Assembly (NCBI RefSeq): GCF_963921235.1
Contig: NC_086108.1
Coordinates: forward strand, 82,276,001 to 82,340,000
Length of the DNA: 64,000 nucleotides
DNA from: Mobula hypostoma
Lineage: Eukaryota
Direction of reading: 5' to 3'
Of this stretch, positions 49,990 through 63,574 are shown piece by piece. A program made the position numbers and the translations under genes. The stretch's first letter is position 1, and each line of letters begins with the position of its first letter. The notes beneath the pieces are model-generated. The model was not told where the DNA came from, did not search any database, and saw nothing but the letters and a program-made list of their open reading frames with translations.

Positions 49990-51312
49990 CACTGTGGATG
50001 GAACCGGAGGAGATAGCAGAGGTACTTAATGAGTACTTCAGTATTAACTACAGAAAAGGATCTTGGCGATTGTAGGGATGACTTACAGCGGACTGAAAAG
50101 CTTGAACATGTAGATATTAAGAAATAGGATGTGCTGGAGCTTTTGGAAAGCATCAAGTTGGATAAGTCAACGGGACTGGACAAGATGTACCCAAGGCTAC
50201 TGTGGGAGCCAAGGGAGGAAATTGCTGAGCCTCTGGAGATGATCCTTGCATCATCAATGGGGACAGGAAAGGTTCTGGAGGATTGAAGGGTTGCGGATGT
50301 TCTTCCACTATTCAAGAAAGAGAGTAGAGATAGCCCAGGAAATTATAGACCAATGAGTCTTACTTCAGTGGTTGGTAAGTTGATGGAGAAGATCCTGAGA
50401 GGCAGGATTTATGAACATTTGGAGAGGCATAATATGATTAGGAATAGTCAGCATGGCTTTGTGAAAGGCAGGCCTTATGAGCCTGGTTGAATTCTTAGAG
50501 GATATGACTAAACACGTTGAAGGTAGAGCAGTAGATGTAGTTTATATGGATTTTAGTGAGGCATTTGACAAGGTACCCCATGCAAGGCTTATTGAGAAAG
50601 TAAGGAGGCATGGGATCCAAGGGGACGTTGTTTTGTAGATCCAGAATTGGCTTGCCCACAGAAAGCAAAGAGTGGTTGTAGACGGGTCGTATTCTGCATG
50701 GAGGTCGGTGACCAGTGGTGTTCTGGGACCCTTACTCTTTGTGATTTTTATAAATGACCTGGATGAGGAAGTGGAGGGATGGGTTAGTAAGTTTGATGAC
50801 ATAAAGGTTGGAGGTGTTGTGGATAGTGTGGAGGGCTGTCAGAGGTTATAGCGGGACATTGATAGGATGCAAAACTGGGCTGAGAAGAGGCAGATGGAGT
50901 TCAACCCAGATAAGTGTGACATGGTTCACTTTGGTAGGTCAAATATGACGACAGAATATAGTATTAATGGTAAGAATCTTGACAGTGTGGAGGATCAGAG
51001 GGATCTTGGGGTCTGAGTCCATAGGACACTCAAAGCTGCTGCGCAGGTTGACTCTGTAATTAAGAAAGCATACAGCGCATTGGCCTTCATCAATCTTGGG
51101 ATTGAGTTTAGGAGCTGAGAGGTAATGTTGCAGCTGTATAGGACCCTGGTCAGACCGCACTTGGAGTACTGTGTTCAGTTCTGGTTGCCTCACTACAGGA
51201 AGGATGTGGAAACCATAGAATGGGTGCAGGAGAGATTTACAAGGATGTTGCCCGGATTGGGGAGCATGCCTTATGAGAATAGGTTGAGTGAACTCGGCCT
51301 TTTCTCCTTGGA
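49990..51312 (+). mobile_element. CR1 RT fragment
   Basis: [36 protein letters not shown]; many stops; truncated at the 3' end. Confidence 0.9.
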
Positions 51313-51444
51313 ATGACAGAATTGAACCAAGGGGTTAAAATGGAGTTGCGGTGTGCAGACACGAGTAAGGCTGGAACAGGCAGAAACATTTGGCCTACCC
51401 AGATAATCAGGTTTGTGGATGTTGGGAAGTATCAAGAGAGGTTC

Positions 51445-53785
51445 TTCTGCATCAATCTCAACTTCACCATCAAACACGTACACAGAGGTGTACTGTTGTT
51501 GTCTGGTGGACTAACCTCTACTCTGCTGAAGCCAGGCTGCAATGGTTGGACACTTCCCTTGAAAAGGACCCCACTCAAGACTGTTAAGACATTGTATCCA
51601 ATACCATCACCAACTCATCAACTCAGATCCACTGCCATTAACTTCATAGTTCCCTTACCTTGCACTGTTCTTTTCCATCCCCTACCAAAGATCCTTGGCC
51701 CTGGCCATCTCATTTTCACCATGGATGTCTAGTCCCAATATACTTCTGTTCCCCATCAAGAAGGCCTTAAAGCTCTCTGCTTCTTTCGTGACAACAAATT
51801 CAACCGGTTTCTCTCCTCCATCTGGTGGACTGGTCCTCACACTTAACAGTTTCTCTGTTGGCACCCCCATTTTCTCCAAACTCAGGTGTAGCCATGGGCA
51901 CCCACATGGACTCCCAGCTATGCCTACTTTTTCATTGACTAGGTGAAACAGCCTATGTACCAAGCCTTCCCTGGTTATCATCCACCAACTCTTTCTGTGC
52001 TACATTGATGACTGCATTAGTGCTGCTTCATGTACCCATGCTGAGTTCGTCAATTTTATCAACTTTGCCACTAACTTCCACCCTGCCATTGTTTAACATT
52101 ACTTCTAATTATCACCTGTTACCCGATGCAGGAACACACAGTACTACGGGAGATAAAGCAACTGCTTCTTTATTAGTAGCTCGCTACTGGAAAGAGAACG
52201 CACTTCGCGGACACACATGGGATCCGTACCAGTGGTCTCTCTCCCTTAAAGTACAGAGACAGAGTTTTTATATCATTTATGTCATGTAACAGGAAACAAG
52301 TTTTAGCTAACCCCATAGTCACATGCCCAGCAACAGTGGTATTTTAAAACAAAGACCCTTTGGTTACCTTAAAAGGCAAAAGCCATCAAACTGAGATTGT
52401 GCACAATGAGGTAGTTCTTCACTTTCCAACCCTAGTTCCACATTTTTCTAGACAGAAATATAATTCCTAGTTTACAGGTGCACAAGCCAGCAGAGCTTAG
52501 CTTGAAGTCTAATTTTTACATGTCAGCAGAACCAATTAACCCTTTACTGTCTTACCATTAAATTTACTTGGTCCATTCCTGACAACTTCCTTTCCTTTTT
52601 CAATCTGTCTCCGTCTCAGGAGACAAACTGTCCATTGATATCTTTTATAAACCCACCAACTCCTATGACCATCTTGATTATACTTCTTCCCACCCTGTTC
52701 TCCTGTAAAAATGCTATTCCCTTTTCTCAGTTCCTTCGTCTCTACCACATCTGATCCCAGTTTGAGGTATTCCTTTCTAGGACATCGGAGATGTCCTCTT
52801 CTAAGAACAGGGTTTCCCTTCCTCTACCATTGATGCTGCCCCTACCCAATCTTCATTTCCCGTGCATCTCAGTCCACCTTCCTGCCACCCTGTGAGCCTC
52901 TGCATCCAGCACATCATTCTCCAAAACATCAGCCACATTCAGTGGGATCCTGTCACTCCCTCCATGATTTACTTCCCCATTTGTACCTTCCCACTAATCT
53001 CGCTTCTGGCATTTATTCCTGCAAGTGGAAGAAGTGCTACACCTGTCCATTCACTTCCTCCTTCCATCACCTTCATTCAGGGCCCCAAACAGTCCTTCCA
53101 GGTGAAGCAACACTTCACATGTGAATCTGCTGGGGTCACCTACTGTATTCTGTGTTCCTGATGCAGCTTCTGCATTGGTGGACCCGGCGTAGAGTGGGGA
53201 GCCGCTTTATTGTGCACCTTCACTCTGTCCACAAAAAGCAGGATTTCCCAGTAGCCAAACATTTTAATTACAATCCCCCATTCCCATTCTGAGATGTTGT
53301 CCATGGCCTCCTCTACTGCTATGATGAGGCCACTCTCAGGTTGGAGGAGCAACACCTCATTCCATCTGGGTAGCCTCTAACCAGATGACAATGAAGATAG
53401 ATTTCTCCAACATCTGTTTTTTTCTCTTCCTCTTTTCCTCTTCAATTCCTCACTCTGGCTCCTCTCTCACCACTTCTCACCAGCCTATAACTCCCTTTGG
53501 TGCCCCTCCTCCTTTGCTTTCTCCCATGGTCCACTCACGTTTCCTATCAGATTCCTTCTCCAGTCCATTACTTTTCCACCGTTCAGTTCCCAGCTCCTTA
53601 CTTCAATCCCCCCTCCCCCACACACCTGGCATCACCTATCACCTTCTACCTTTTACTACTTCCCCTCCTCCCACCTTACTCTGGCTTTCCAGTCCTGATG
53701 AGTGGTCTCAGCCCAAAATGTCAACTGTTTATTCATTTCCATAGATGCTATGTGATCCGCTGGGTTCTTCTAGCATTTTATGTAT
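51445..53785 (+). mobile_element. Penelope-like retroelement (RT plus GIY-YIG), decayed
   Basis: IFTMDV-S-YTSVPHQEGLKAL, GVAMGT, YIDD, YKPT, Cys linker CKWKKCYTC, FTCESAGVTYCILC (GIY-YIG region), pyrimidine-rich 3' region and terminal repeat. Confidence 0.88.
52117..52548 (-). mobile_element. Probable solo LTR inserted in the Penelope RT
   Basis: Minus strand begins (A)GTAAAGGGTTAATTGG and ends GGGTAACA, with TATAAAA (about 52270) upstream of AATAAA (52169-52174); interrupts NFHPA|LNLLG/KFTWSI. No clean TSD. Confidence 0.55.
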
Positions 53786-54349
53786 GTTACCCTTCTGGTT
53801 AGGTGCAGTCCTTTAATATGACAGTAAAGCAAAAAGGGTCAGATCTTAAAATTTCAACAAATCTCAGTAAATTTGGCATTTCCCATCATGATAATGTGAA
53901 ATTAACAGGTACCACTGGAGTATGTATATGCACATTTAAATTTGTTGTTACTGTCAATGTTTTCCCTTTTTCTTGAGGAACTTTATTTTGATGTGGTTTC
54001 TAGTGTTCAGTTGGTGGGAATTTCTGCTATTTCCATGAAATTTTAAAGGTTCCATGTAATGAGTTTTTAAATGGTGTACTAAATTATTAAGTAAACCTTT
54101 TATAAAACAAAATCTTTGGCCAAATACTATTAATAGTAGGTTGGAAGTTCTTTGTTGTCCTGGTGTAGTAAGTGATTGTCCAATGTGCATTCATGAATAA
54201 GCTGTCAAACTTTGCAAAGACTGAAACCATCTTTGATTCCCTCTCATGGACTTCTCATCTTTGACACAGATTTGATGACTACCATGAACTCAAATCTTTG
54301 CCACAGATTCCATCCTGTCTACCAACCACAGACTTGTAGTTTGACTGTT

Positions 54350-56945
54350 CATAGGAACATAGAAAATAGGTGCAGGAGTAGGCCATTCAGCCCTTCGAGC
54401 CTGCACTGCCATTCAGTACGATCATGGCTGATCATCCAACTCAGAACCCTATACCTGCCTTCTCTCCATACCCCCTGATCCCTTTAGCCACAAGGGCCTT
54501 ATCTAACTCCCTCTTAAGTATAGCCAATGAACTGGCCTCAACTGTTTCCTGTGGCAGAGAATTCCACAGATTCACCACTCTCTGTGCGAAGTAGTTTTTC
54601 CTCATCTCGGTCCTAAAAGGCTTCCCCTTTATCCTCAAACTGTGACCCCTCATCTGGACTTCCCCAACATCGGCAACAATCTTCCTGCATCTAGCCTGTC
54701 CAATCCCTTTAGAATTTTATACGTTTCAATCAGATCCCCCCTCAGTCTTCTAAATTCCAGAGAGTATAAGCCTAGTCAATCCAGTCTTTCATCATATGAA
54801 AGTCCTGCCATCCCAGGAATCAATCTGGTGAACCTTCTTTGTACACCCTCTATGGCAAGGATGTCTTTCCTCAGATTAGGGGACCAAAACTGCACACAAT
54901 ACTCCAGGTGTGGTCTCACCAAGGCCTTGTACAACTGCAGTAGTACCTCCCTGCTCCTGTACTCGAATCCTCTCGCTATAAATGCCAGCATACCATTCGC
55001 CTTTTTCACCGCCTGCTGTACCTGCATGCCCACTTTCAATGACTGGTGTATAATGACACCCAGGTCTCGTTGCACCTCCCCTTTTCCTAATCGGCCACCA
55101 TTCAGATAATCTGTATTCCTGTTCTTGCCACCAAAGTGGATAACCTCACATTTATCCACAGTAAATTGCATCTGCCATGAATTTGCCCACTCACCCAACC
55201 TACCCAAGTCACCCTGCATCCTCTTAGCATCCTCCTCACAGCTAATACTGCCACCCAGCTTCATGTCATCCGCACACTTAGAGATGCTGCATTTAATTCC
55301 CTCGTCTAAGTCATTAATATATATTGTAAATAACTGGGGTCCCAGCACTGAGCCTTGTGGTACCCCACTAGTCACCGCCTGCCATTCTGAAAAGGTCCCG
55401 GTTATTCTCACTGTTTGCTTCCTGTCTGCCAACCAGTTCACTATCCACATCAATACCATACCCCCAATACAGTGTGCTTTAAGTTTGCACACCAATCTCC
55501 TGTGTGGGACCTTGTCAAAAGCCTTTTGAAAATCCAAATATACCACATCTACTGGTTCTCTCCTATCCACTCTACTAGTTACATCCTCAAAAAATTCTAT
55601 GAGATTCATCAGACATGATTTTCCTTTCACAAATCCATGCTGACTTTGTCCGATGATTTCACCGCTTTCCAAATGTGCTGTTATCACATCTTTGATAACT
55701 GACTCTAGCATTTTCCCCACCACCGATGTCAGGCTTACCAGTCTATAATTCCCTGGTTTCTCTTTCCCTCTTTTTTTTAAAAAGCGGGGTTACATTAGCC
55801 ACCCTCCAATCCTCAGGAACTAAACCAGAATGTGAGGAGTTTTGAAAAATTATCACTAATGCGTCCACTATTTCTTGGGCTACTTCCTTAAGCACTCTGG
55901 GATGCAGACCATCTGGCCCTGGGGATTTATCTGCCTTCAATCCCTTCAATTTACCTAACACCACTTCCCTACTAACATGTATTTCCCTCAGTTCCTCCAT
56001 CTCACTAGAGACCCTCTGTCCCCTACTATTTCCGGAAGATTATTTATGTCCTCCTTAGTGAAGACAGAATCAAAGTAGTTATTCAATTGGTCTGCCATGT
56101 CTTTGTTCCCCATAATCAATTCACCTGTTTCTGTCTGTAGGGGACCTACATTTGTCTTAACCAATCTTTTTCTTTTCACATATCTATGAAAGCTTTTACA
56201 GTCAGTTTTTATGTTTCCTGCCAGCTTTCTCTCATAATCCTTTTTCCCTTTCCTAATTAAGCTCTTTGTCCTCCTCTGCTGAACTCTGAATTTCTCCCAG
56301 TCCTCAGGTGAGCCACTTTTTCTGGCTAATTTGTATGTTTCTTCTTTGGAATTGATACTATCCCTAATTTCCCTTGTCAGCCATGGGTGCACTACCTTCC
56401 CTGGTTTATTCTTTTGCCAAACTGGGATGAACAATTGTTGTAGTTCATCCATGCGATTTTTAAATGCTTGCCATTGCATATCCATCGTCAACCCTTTAAG
56501 TATCATTTGCCAGTCTATCTTAGCTAATTCACGTCTCATACCTTCAAAGTTACCCTTCTTTAAGTTCAGAACCTTTGTTTCTGAATTAACTATATGACTC
56601 TCCATCTTAATTAAGAATTCCACTGTATTGTGGTCACTCTTACCCAAAGGGCCTCGCATGACAAGATTGCTAACTAACCCTTCCTCATTGCTCAATACCC
56701 CGTCCAGAATGGCCTGCTCTCTAGTTGGTTCCTCGACATGTTGGTTCAGAAAACTATCCCGCATACATTCCAAGAAATCCGCTTCCTCAGCACCCTTACC
56801 AACTTGGTTCACCCAATCTATATGTAGATTGAAGTCACCCATTATAACTGCTGTTCCTTTATTGCACGCATTTCTAATTTCCTGTTGCCATCTCCAACCT
56901 CACTACTACTGTTAGGTGGCATGTATACAACTCCCACCAGCGTTT
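54350..56945 (-). mobile_element. CR1 LINE ORF2 (APE C-terminal part plus RT), 5'-truncated
   Basis: MGDFN, SDH, DFQKAFDKVPH, GVPQGSVLGP, CADD; 315-aa and 284-aa frames. Confidence 0.95.
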
Positions 56946-57188
56946 TCATTGTGGTTCATTGAGTGAAGTGTTGAAGATTTCCAACTGTATTGTAGAGTTG
57001 CTGTTTTTCTCTTTTTCATCTCCTTTGGGCTTAATTGCTTCAATACTTAGCTATTTAGAACCCCAGCTTTCATTTTCACCTTTCCATGTTTCTAGAGCTC
57101 CTTGGTAAAACTTGCTATGTGAATGCAAATAACTGTAGTAGATCAATTTGTTTCATTTCATTTCCTGTTATACTTTTTTTCTCCTTAG

Positions 57189-57215
57189 GATGAAGAGGAA
57201 GAAGAAGAATTAGTG
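57189..57215 (+). CDS. UQCRH: UQCRH-like coding exon 2 (27-nt microexon)
   Basis: Pyrimidine tract and ccttag acceptor; DEEEEEELV; gtaagg donor. Confidence 0.9.
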
Positions 57216-57537
57216 GTAAGGCATTTGCATAAATTCTAGATACATGAACCTCTAATTTGAGGGTTAGTCTGAAATCTCAGACAATCTTTTTTATTGAACA
57301 TTGCTTTTTGCTTCCTGTACACACAGATGTTACTTCTACCAATACTATTCCCAACATAGGTTGGGAATTCCTGTATATTGATATTGTCTATTAAGGGAGA
57401 AACGGATTTTGTCCATGTCAAGATGTTGAGAGATTTGGCAGACATGGTCTTTACAAAAGAGTTTCTTGTCCATTTGACTGGTACATGTTACAGGGCAGGA
57501 AAGAGTATGAGTTAGTCTTAGCGGATTACAGCAATGT

Positions 57538-57900
57538 TCAAAGTACATTTTCAGGGTATGTATACCGTATACAACCTTGTGATTTATCTTCTTGCAGCAG
57601 CCACAAAACAAAGAAATACATTAGAATCCACAAAATGCCCACACAGCCAAGACTGTCAAAGACATTGTGTGCAAAGAAAAGAACAGATTGTGCAAACAAT
57701 AAAAAAGTAAACAAATACAGAAAACATGAACTCCAGATTCCCTGAAAGTGAGTCCACAACCATAGAACCAGTTCAGTACCGAGGCAAAAACAGCTTGTCC
57801 AAGAGCCCAGTGGCTCCAGGGTAGCAATGTACCTTCTGTCTGATGGTAGCAATGAGAAGAGAGGAAGACGGTCAAATGCAGGCAGCAGGGTGGGCTCTGC
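57538..57900 (-). mobile_element. Rex1/Babar 3' tail
   Basis: LFSLLPSDRRY on the minus strand; tail similar to the reverse complement of 60930-61020. Confidence 0.65.
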
Positions 57901-58269
57901 TGGGGACTTGGATGACACGGAGTTTCATTTTATTTCATTTCAATTACATTTGATTCTGATTGCTGCATTATAGGAAGGATACAGAGGCCTTGCAGGTATT
58001 TACCAGGATGCCTGGATTTGTGTGCTGTGCTATAAGGAGAAGTTGGTCAAAATGGGGTTGTTTTCTCTGTTATGTTGGGGTAATTATAGAAGTTTATATT
58101 ATGAATGGCATAGATACAGTAGACAATTGGCATCTTTTTCCCAGGGTCAAATGCCTAAGCAGGTAGTTTAAGGTGCTAGGGGTAAATTTAAAGGAGAATT
58201 TGAAGTAAATTTACAAGGCAGTTTCTTTTGAATGGTGGGTCCTTGAATGTACTGCTGGGATGGTGGAAG

Positions 58270-58520
58270 TGGAGCAGTTAGTGCAACACTATTACAGCTC
58301 AAGGTGTGTTCCAGAGGTTAGAGTTCAATTCTGGTGCAGTTCTCTGAACAGTCTCTATATGTCCTCTCTGTGGAATGTGTGAATTTTCTCTGGGTCCTCC
58401 CTTCCTCCCACAGTATGAAGATGTACTGGGTAGGTTAATTGGTCATTATAAATTGTGGGGTTAATCTGGCGGGCAGTGTGGCTTGAAGGGCCAGAAGGAC
58501 CTACTCCGTACTGTGTCACT
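58270..58520 (+). mobile_element. tRNA-derived V-SINE/HE1-like SINE
   Basis: A-box-like gcagttagtg, B-box-like gagttcaattc, V-domain-like ttcctcccacagt and ggttaattggtcat, CR1-like tail gaagggccagaagg. Confidence 0.65.
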
Positions 58521-58779
58521 GGGGAGTAGTGAGCTGCACATCGTGTTCACATGTCTGGATTATACATATTGCGGGCAGAGCATATCCCAATAATATGCTG
58601 ATTATATTAATTGACCAATAATCCTAATAAGTTCAAATCCCACAACACTCAGAAATTTAAATGTGATTAATTTAGTTAATTGAAATGTATACCATAGCAT
58701 ATGCTAAGGAGAACGTGGTAACCTGCCCCAATGACTATCGTCGAGCTTTGAGAAGTGGATCAACTCCTGCCTGGGAAGT

Positions 58780-61020
58780 GACTTGGATCCACGCCAATTT
58801 GCCTAGTTTCACAAAAGGTTCTCAGCAGATGCATTTCATTGGCTCTTCACTGAACCCTGGAACATCTGGGCAGTAAAGAATCAAACATCAGGACTATGAG
58901 GCAAAGCACAGCTCCAATGCCATATTCAAGTTTGCTGATGACAGCACTGTTGTTGGCCAGATTAAAGGTGGTGATGAATCAGCATTTAGGAGACAGATTG
59001 AAAATCTGACTAGTGCCAAAACAACAGCCTCTCACTGAATGTCATCACGACCAAGGAACTGATTATTGACTTCAGGAAGCGGAAACTGGATGCCCTGGAT
59101 CAGAGGTTGAGAAGATCAGCAACTTTAAATTCCTTAGTGTTATTATTTCAGCGTACCTCACCTGCACCCAGCACCTAACTGTAATTATGAAGAAAGCACA
59201 GTAACACCTCTACTTCCTTAGAAGTTTGTGAAGATTCTGCATGGCGTCTAGTACTTTGACAAACTTCTGTAGATGCGTGACGAAGAGTATATTGACTAAT
59301 TGCATCACAGTCTGGTATAAAAGCACCAATGCCCTTGAATGGAAATTTGTATTAAAAGTAGTGGTTTTGGCCCAGCCCATCACGGGTAAAGTCCTCCCCA
59401 TCATTGAACACATCTACATAGAGCACTGTCGCAGGAAAACAACATCCATCCTAAACAACCTCCACCATTCAGGCCATGATCTTCTCAATGCTGCCATCAG
59501 GAAGAATATTCGGGAGCCTTAAGAACCACACCACTACCTTCATGGACAGTGTTATCCCTCAATCATCAGGCTCTTAAACCAGTGGGTATAACTTCACTTG
59601 CCCCAACACTGAACTGCTCCTTCAACCTATGGACTCACTTTAAAGGTGCAAATACTTGCTCTCTGTAGAATCATCGAGGAAGTCAAGAAGAACAACCTAC
59701 CAGCCGTGCGTACTTACATTGATTTTCGCAAAGCTTTTGACTCCATTCACCGAGGTAAAATGCTGAAGATCCTGAAAGCTTACGGAGTGCCAGACCGTCT
59801 ACTGAGAGCAATAGAGTCCAGCTATACCAAAACCATGGCGAAAGTTGTATCAGTGTTCGAGCTCCTAGCTGGTGTGCTGCAAGGAGATACTCTGGCACCC
59901 TACATCTTTATAATCATCCTTGATTATGCTCTACGTCAAGCTACCAAAGATCATGACAAGCTTGGTTTTACCATAAAACCAGGCGGAACCAAAGGGGTCA
60001 GACCAGTTACACTCTCAGATCTCGATTTTGCAGATGACATAGTCCTGCTGTCTGGCCAGATGGAGGAAGCACAGCAGCTACTGACAAAAGTGGAAATTGA
60101 GTGCAATAAAGTTGGACTTCACCTAAACGCTGAAAAGACAGAGTACATGGCGTTTAACTGCAACGAAGGTACTGTCAAGACAGTAGAGAATGATAACATT
60201 AAGAAAGTCTTTGACTGCAAGTACCTCGGGTCAAGAATGATGAGTTCGGAGAAGGACATAAAGATACGGAAGGCGCTGGCGTGGAGGGCTATGAACGACA
60301 TGAAGGAAATCTGGAAATCAAACCTGACCAAAGGGCTTAAAAAGAGGATCTTCATAGCAGTCATAGAGTCCATTCTCACGTACGGTTGCGAGACGTGGAC
60401 ACTCACCAAGACTATGTGAAAGTCTCTAGATGGTTGCTATACACGAATGCTCCGGATGGCTCTTGACGTGAGTTGGCAACAGCACATGATGAACGTCGAG
60501 CTCTATGACGACCTACCGATGCTCACCACTAAAATCGAGGGGAGAAGACTGCAACTAGCGGGACACTGTCTACGCCACCCTGAGCTACCTGCCAGCCTAG
60601 TCATCATATGGGAGCCCAAGCATGGTAGGATGAACCCTGGGCGGCCTCCCAAGACTATGGTCCACGCGCTCCTAGAAGACAGCGGCGTGGCTAATGTAGA
60701 TGAACTGAACACACTGATGAGGGAGGGGGAGAAGAGGAGAGTCCATCATCGTGCCCGACGCCGGCCCCCTAGGCCTGAGTTGACATAGTCTAGTCTAGTT
60801 AAAGGTCTCTTCATTACATTTTCTTGTTATTTATTGTTCATTATTTTCTTTTGTATTTGCAGTTTATCTTTTACACATTGGTTGTTTGTCCATCCTGATG
60901 GGTATGGTCTTTCATGGATTCTATTGCATTTCTTGGATTTACTGTACGCCCAGAAGAAAATGAATCTCGGGGTTGTATATGGTGACATATATGTACTTTG
61001 CTAATAAATTTACTTTGAAC
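58780..61020 (+). mobile_element. Rex1/Babar fragment with an RTE insertion in its 3' UTR
   Basis: IFKFADD, SILTNCITVWY; the UTR resumes at 60807 and ends aataaatttactttgaac. Confidence 0.82.
59648..60798 (+). mobile_element. RTE-clade LINE, 5'-truncated, young
   Basis: IDFRKAFDSIHRGKM, AGVLQGDTLAP, LDFADD, LAGHCLRH...GRP; (tagtc)n tail; 8-bp TSD TTAAAGGT (59640-59647 / 60799-60806). Confidence 0.9.
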
Positions 61021-61949
61021 CTTGAGGCAATAGTGACCATGAAAATGATAATTGTCATGAAAAACCACTATCATTGAGTAATGTAATTTAACAGAGAAAA
61101 TTAATCTTTTTGGCCAGTCTGGTCTGCACTTGACTGACTGCAAACCAACTGTAGCTAGGATGATTCAACACTGCATTTGATAAAGTAATTTGTGATGGAC
61201 AATAAGTGTTCTTCTCACTAGTATTGGCAATGTGCCACGAATGAAGTACAACAGATGCAAGTACACATATTAACCTTGGTGTTTTGTCTGGAAATTGTCT
61301 GTCCGGATGGCGTTGAACATTAAGACGGCTTAGCCACCCAGGTCAAGGGTGGTGCATACTGAGCCTTCTTGAAATGAGGAATTGGGAGGTTCACTAGATT
61401 TTGCTAAGTTCCCAATCTCTGCCATATTTTTCAAATGTGGAGCTAATATGCCTGACCCAGTTATTCCTCAACACTGGTGGTGATTTTAGATGTGATAGCA
61501 GAGGATTTGACCTGATTGTTTCATCATGTATTATAGGATATGTTAGTATTCCTGCAACAGATGAGGTAAGCGTAAAATGCTGTATCTCTTTTTGCCAGTT
61601 TTTGGTTTTCATTCTTTTGATTGAAATTGTCTGCTATGCTGCAGTAAGGCTAATAATAACTGCTTGCAAAACATTCATTCTTGTATTTCTGTCATCAAGG
61701 TATTTTCATTTTTCTGCTTGATCTCACAAAGGCAAATTTAAGAATATTATTGAGCAATGACAAGCCTATTAGTAATGTAACATAATTATTTAAAATTGCA
61801 ACATGCGTAATTGAGAATTAAGTAATTACCATAGGTATGAGGTACTGTAGACAATTGGAGAATGTAGATTTGACATTGCAATCTGATTCTGGTTTAGTAG
61901 TTTTGTATTAAACCCTGCTGTCTTTTGCTATTCTTGCAAATTTTAGAAA

Positions 61950-62550
61950 TCTCAGAATCAGGTTTATTATCACCAGCATGTGATGTGAAATTTGTTAACT
62001 TAGCAGCAGCAGTTCAATGCAATACATAATAGAGAAGAAGAAAAAATAATGGGTGGCTGTCTCTCGGGGTCCGAGGAAGACTAAACGTCGTGCAGTCATC
62101 TGTGGATACGCATGTGGCTTTGTAGGCTGAAGCACACATGTGGTTGCAGGTTGGACATGGAATGGCGGTTGTAATTATGTATAATTACACTATACATATA
62201 TCGACTAGATTAAAAGTCATGCAAGAACAGAAAATAAAATATATATTAAAAAAAGTGAGGTAGTGTTCACGGGTTCAATGTCCCTATGGGAATTGGATGG
62301 CAGAGGGGAAGACGCTGTTCCTGAATCGCTGAGTGTGTAACAGTGAGAAAAGGACATGCCCTGGGTTCTGGGGGTCCTTAATAATGGACACTGCCTTTCT
62401 GAGATGCCACTCCTTGAAGATGTCCTGGATACATTGTAGGCTAGTACCCAAGATGGTGACGACTATATTTACAACCCTCTGCAGCTTCTTTTGGTCCTGT
62501 GCAGAAGCCACCCCCCCACCCCCCCCCCATACCAGACAGTGATGCAATCT
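61950..62550 (-). mobile_element. Rex1/Babar 3' fragment with a short RTE-like 3' end inserted at about 62050-62170
   Basis: QDQKKLQRVV...RFRNSVFPSAI; the insert gives CPTCNHMC on the minus strand (RTE-type C-terminal zinc-finger remnant). Confidence 0.8.
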
Positions 62551-62706
62551 GCTATCCAGCTATCCATGCATACAAGAAAGATTGTCATGTCTTTTGCAAG
62601 TATCTCACACTCAAATTGAGTGTAAAATCCAATGATTAAATAGGGAAATATGCTTGTATGCTGTTAACATGTATTTGGTTTACTTAAAATATTTGATTTT
62701 TCTTAG

Positions 62707-62868
62707 GATCCCATAATAAACATCAGGGAGCAATGCGAGCAGCTTGAAAAGTGTGTGCAACTGCGGTCACGCCTGGACACATGCACAGATCGAGTGAACT
62801 CTAGATCACAAACAACAGAGACGTGCACAGAGGAGCTTTTTGATTTCCTGCATGCCCGTGACCACTGT
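62707..62868 (+). CDS. UQCRH: UQCRH-like coding exon 3
   Basis: tcttag acceptor; [54 protein letters not shown] (UCR_hinge pattern, five Cys); gtaagt donor; 162 nt. Confidence 0.97.
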
Positions 62869-63574
62869 GTAAGTACTTCTTCATCATTCTGAGAGGGAAA
62901 TAAATACTTGCATTGTCATCTTGTCCTTTAGGGAGGAGTTCTAATTTACTCATTAGGTGTTGCTCATCCTCTTGTGTTTTTGATATAGTGTCCTGGTAAC
63001 ACAGTTCTGATGTTACCACTTGAAGTATTATTTAGTACTGTCTTCATAAATAAATACCTGAATACATTTTGGAATTCATCAAAGAAAAGTTGTTTTATTG
63101 AACCAGTTACTATAAACACCTGACTTTTGATGCTTGTTAACATCCACTGCTTACGTTGGAGGACTAAATAGGACTAAATACTAATTTTAGAGATTAGAAC
63201 TGAACATTTGAGAAATTAAGTGGTCTAAATAAATTTTAAATACTATCATCATTTGTTTTCTAGTTCTGGTATTAAGTTTCCTACAATAGAAAGGGTGATA
63301 ATTTGTCACGTGTCGGTTCTTGAAAGCCTTGTCCAGGTTGTCTAACTAGGTTGCCTTTTTCCCTTAATTGAACAATTATTTCTGTTGAAGTCTATTTTTA
63401 AAGATCAAGATAGGAAATGTACTTTGTTATTTGCTCTCCTTGTCAGTTTGAAAGCCATAAATCCACCTGGCAATAGGATGCCCTTCTTAGAGGCATTTCC
63501 TAAATAGTTCATTGAATTTTCATATGACAGCACAATAAAGAGGCTGGAAATAAAAATTAATTCTTTTCTTCCAG

